DNA of 64,000 nt, taken from the NCBI GenBank assembly GCA_002245135.1, contig NGBS01001188.1, forward strand, positions 1 to 64,000. The letters are read 5' to 3'. Shown piece by piece: positions 62,657 through 64,000 of this stretch (position 1 is the stretch's first letter; every line of letters begins with the position of its first letter). This DNA comes from Proteromonas lacertae (Eukaryota). The position numbers and the translations under genes are program-made. The notes under the pieces are model-generated. The model had not been told where the DNA came from, did not search any database, and saw only the letters and a list, made by a program, of their open reading frames with translations.

Positions 62657-63753
62657 CAGTGTTGTATTTTTCGGTCAAAAAATATAGGTTTAGTTGACCT
62701 CCTATTGAACATGAGTTAAGAAGCATATAATCTAACCATATATACAAAATTAATGTTTTATACATCATCTTTCAAATATCAAATTTGACAGTCGGTCGAT
62801 GCGCTTTTTATATTACTATTATTTTGATGTAATTCTCAATGATGACTCACAGTAACATATAATCAACATAATATTAAATTAATTATAGAATAAAAAAAAT
62901 AAAAGAAAAAACATCAAGCTTGATGGTTTGACTAAGTAAATCTTTATTTTTTAAGATTTAGATCATTTAAATGTATAATTACTCAATATTTATAAGACTT
63001 TATAATATATGAAACTATAGGGATATCACATTACCCCCTATCGCATCAAAAGAGTTGTGCATTTATTCAATTGTTGTATGTTAGAGAAGTAACATTTTAA
63101 CTACTTCAAAATGTTTTGGAAAACGTGATTAAAATAAAATATTCAGATTATTACATATGGTAAAAGCCAAAGTCAATTCAGATTCCGTCAACAAAGATCT
63201 ATTTAAATTAATAACCTTCAATGCAGTCAGTACAATATTAGACTTACCAGAATTTAGAAGGTTTTGCTTCAAACTAGGATATATTATACCTCTAAGAGAG
63301 TTTTATAATGCTTATTTATTTTCAGAAACTGAGAAAGTAAGAGACTTATTGAAGACAAATCATTAATATCCAAAAATAGATATCTATTATTATAATTACA
63401 ATAATATTTGTTTTTTAGAGATAGTAATCAATATAAATTAATCATCAAAATAACTTGTTGTTTATAAATATGTTAAATATCACTATTGAGTAGTTTGTAG
63501 ATGAATTTTAATATATTAGTATAGATATTTATATAATTTCAACCAATCTTATTCTAACTATGGTAATTAAAGTAAAACAAGAAGCAGGAATAATATTTTA
63601 TATAGTATGATAGTTTGTATTAAACAAATGTTACTCAGTATGTAATTAAAATAGATTTTAACAAAATAATGCTCAAGGTTTGACCGACCGTCAGTCAAAG
63701 CTAGATTATAGGTTTTACCTATAACCTATAGGTTACCTATTTATACAACCCTG
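62657..63753 (+). mobile_element. Non-autonomous hAT-superfamily DNA transposon, 1097 bp
   Basis: TIRs CAGTGTTGTAT (62657) and ATACAACCCTG (ends 63753) match 10/11. Exact 8-bp TSD GTAATAAA at 62649-62656 and 63754-63761. Subterminal TATAGGTT/AACCTATA repeats; internal remnant STILDLPEFRRFCFKLGYIIPLR resembles a hAT transposase N-terminal region. Confidence 0.92.
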
Positions 63754-64000
63754 GTAATAAATGAAAAAAATATCAATATTTCTATCTTTCTACTATTTCA
63801 TTTTTTATTTAACTGTAGATTATCATACTTATATTTCACATTACATTACCATATTCTTTTACAAATTTTAACATAAGATACTCATTCTGGAATAATCTAT
63901 TATATTTCTTGTAGATATAATAATAATTTACACTTTTAAATGGAGTATTTCTTATTTTTTCTATATCCACATATCTTACATCATCATCTAAATAATACAA

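Noticed and set aside
63157..63366. 69-aa ORF as a functional gene
   Set aside because: It lies inside the hAT element, and the other copy lacks the ATG and has an internal stop; treated as a transposase remnant.

Overview
Very AT-rich, gene-dense eukaryotic nuclear DNA with many tiny GT-AG introns (mostly 26-38 nt). The intron sizes, TGTTTGTT motifs behind some genes and a mastigoneme-type EGF module point to an opalozoan stramenopile such as Blastocystis; this is inference. 1-18.6 kb is an accessory array of type II membrane proteins with long 'N-x-D-[ML]-x-x-K-x-I-x-N-[VI]' fibre-like repeats and a variable Cys-containing C-terminal cap. These genes are interleaved with four metallothionein genes (two head-to-head with a fibre-like gene) and shaped by recent duplications and a decayed transposon. 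18.6-45.3 kb is a compact housekeeping block: PDE, P-loop-less kinesin-like protein, CCDC87-like protein, CTFxPxIN-repeat protein, OPA-family MFS, three GIDE-like genes, CPSF100, PP2C with a perfect 57-bp intronic hairpin, A20/AN1, LSm1, tandem Tim21/Coa1-like protein, RCC1-TBC and an Sgf73-like protein. 45.5-60.3 kb is one giant, apparently intronless secreted multidomain gene ending in a mastigoneme-like EGF module. The window ends with an acetyl-CoA carboxylase pseudogene fragment and a non-autonomous hAT element with TIRs and an exact 8-bp TSD. Frameshifts cluster in the multicopy regions and may be long-read errors. All family calls come from motif recognition by eye, not database searches.
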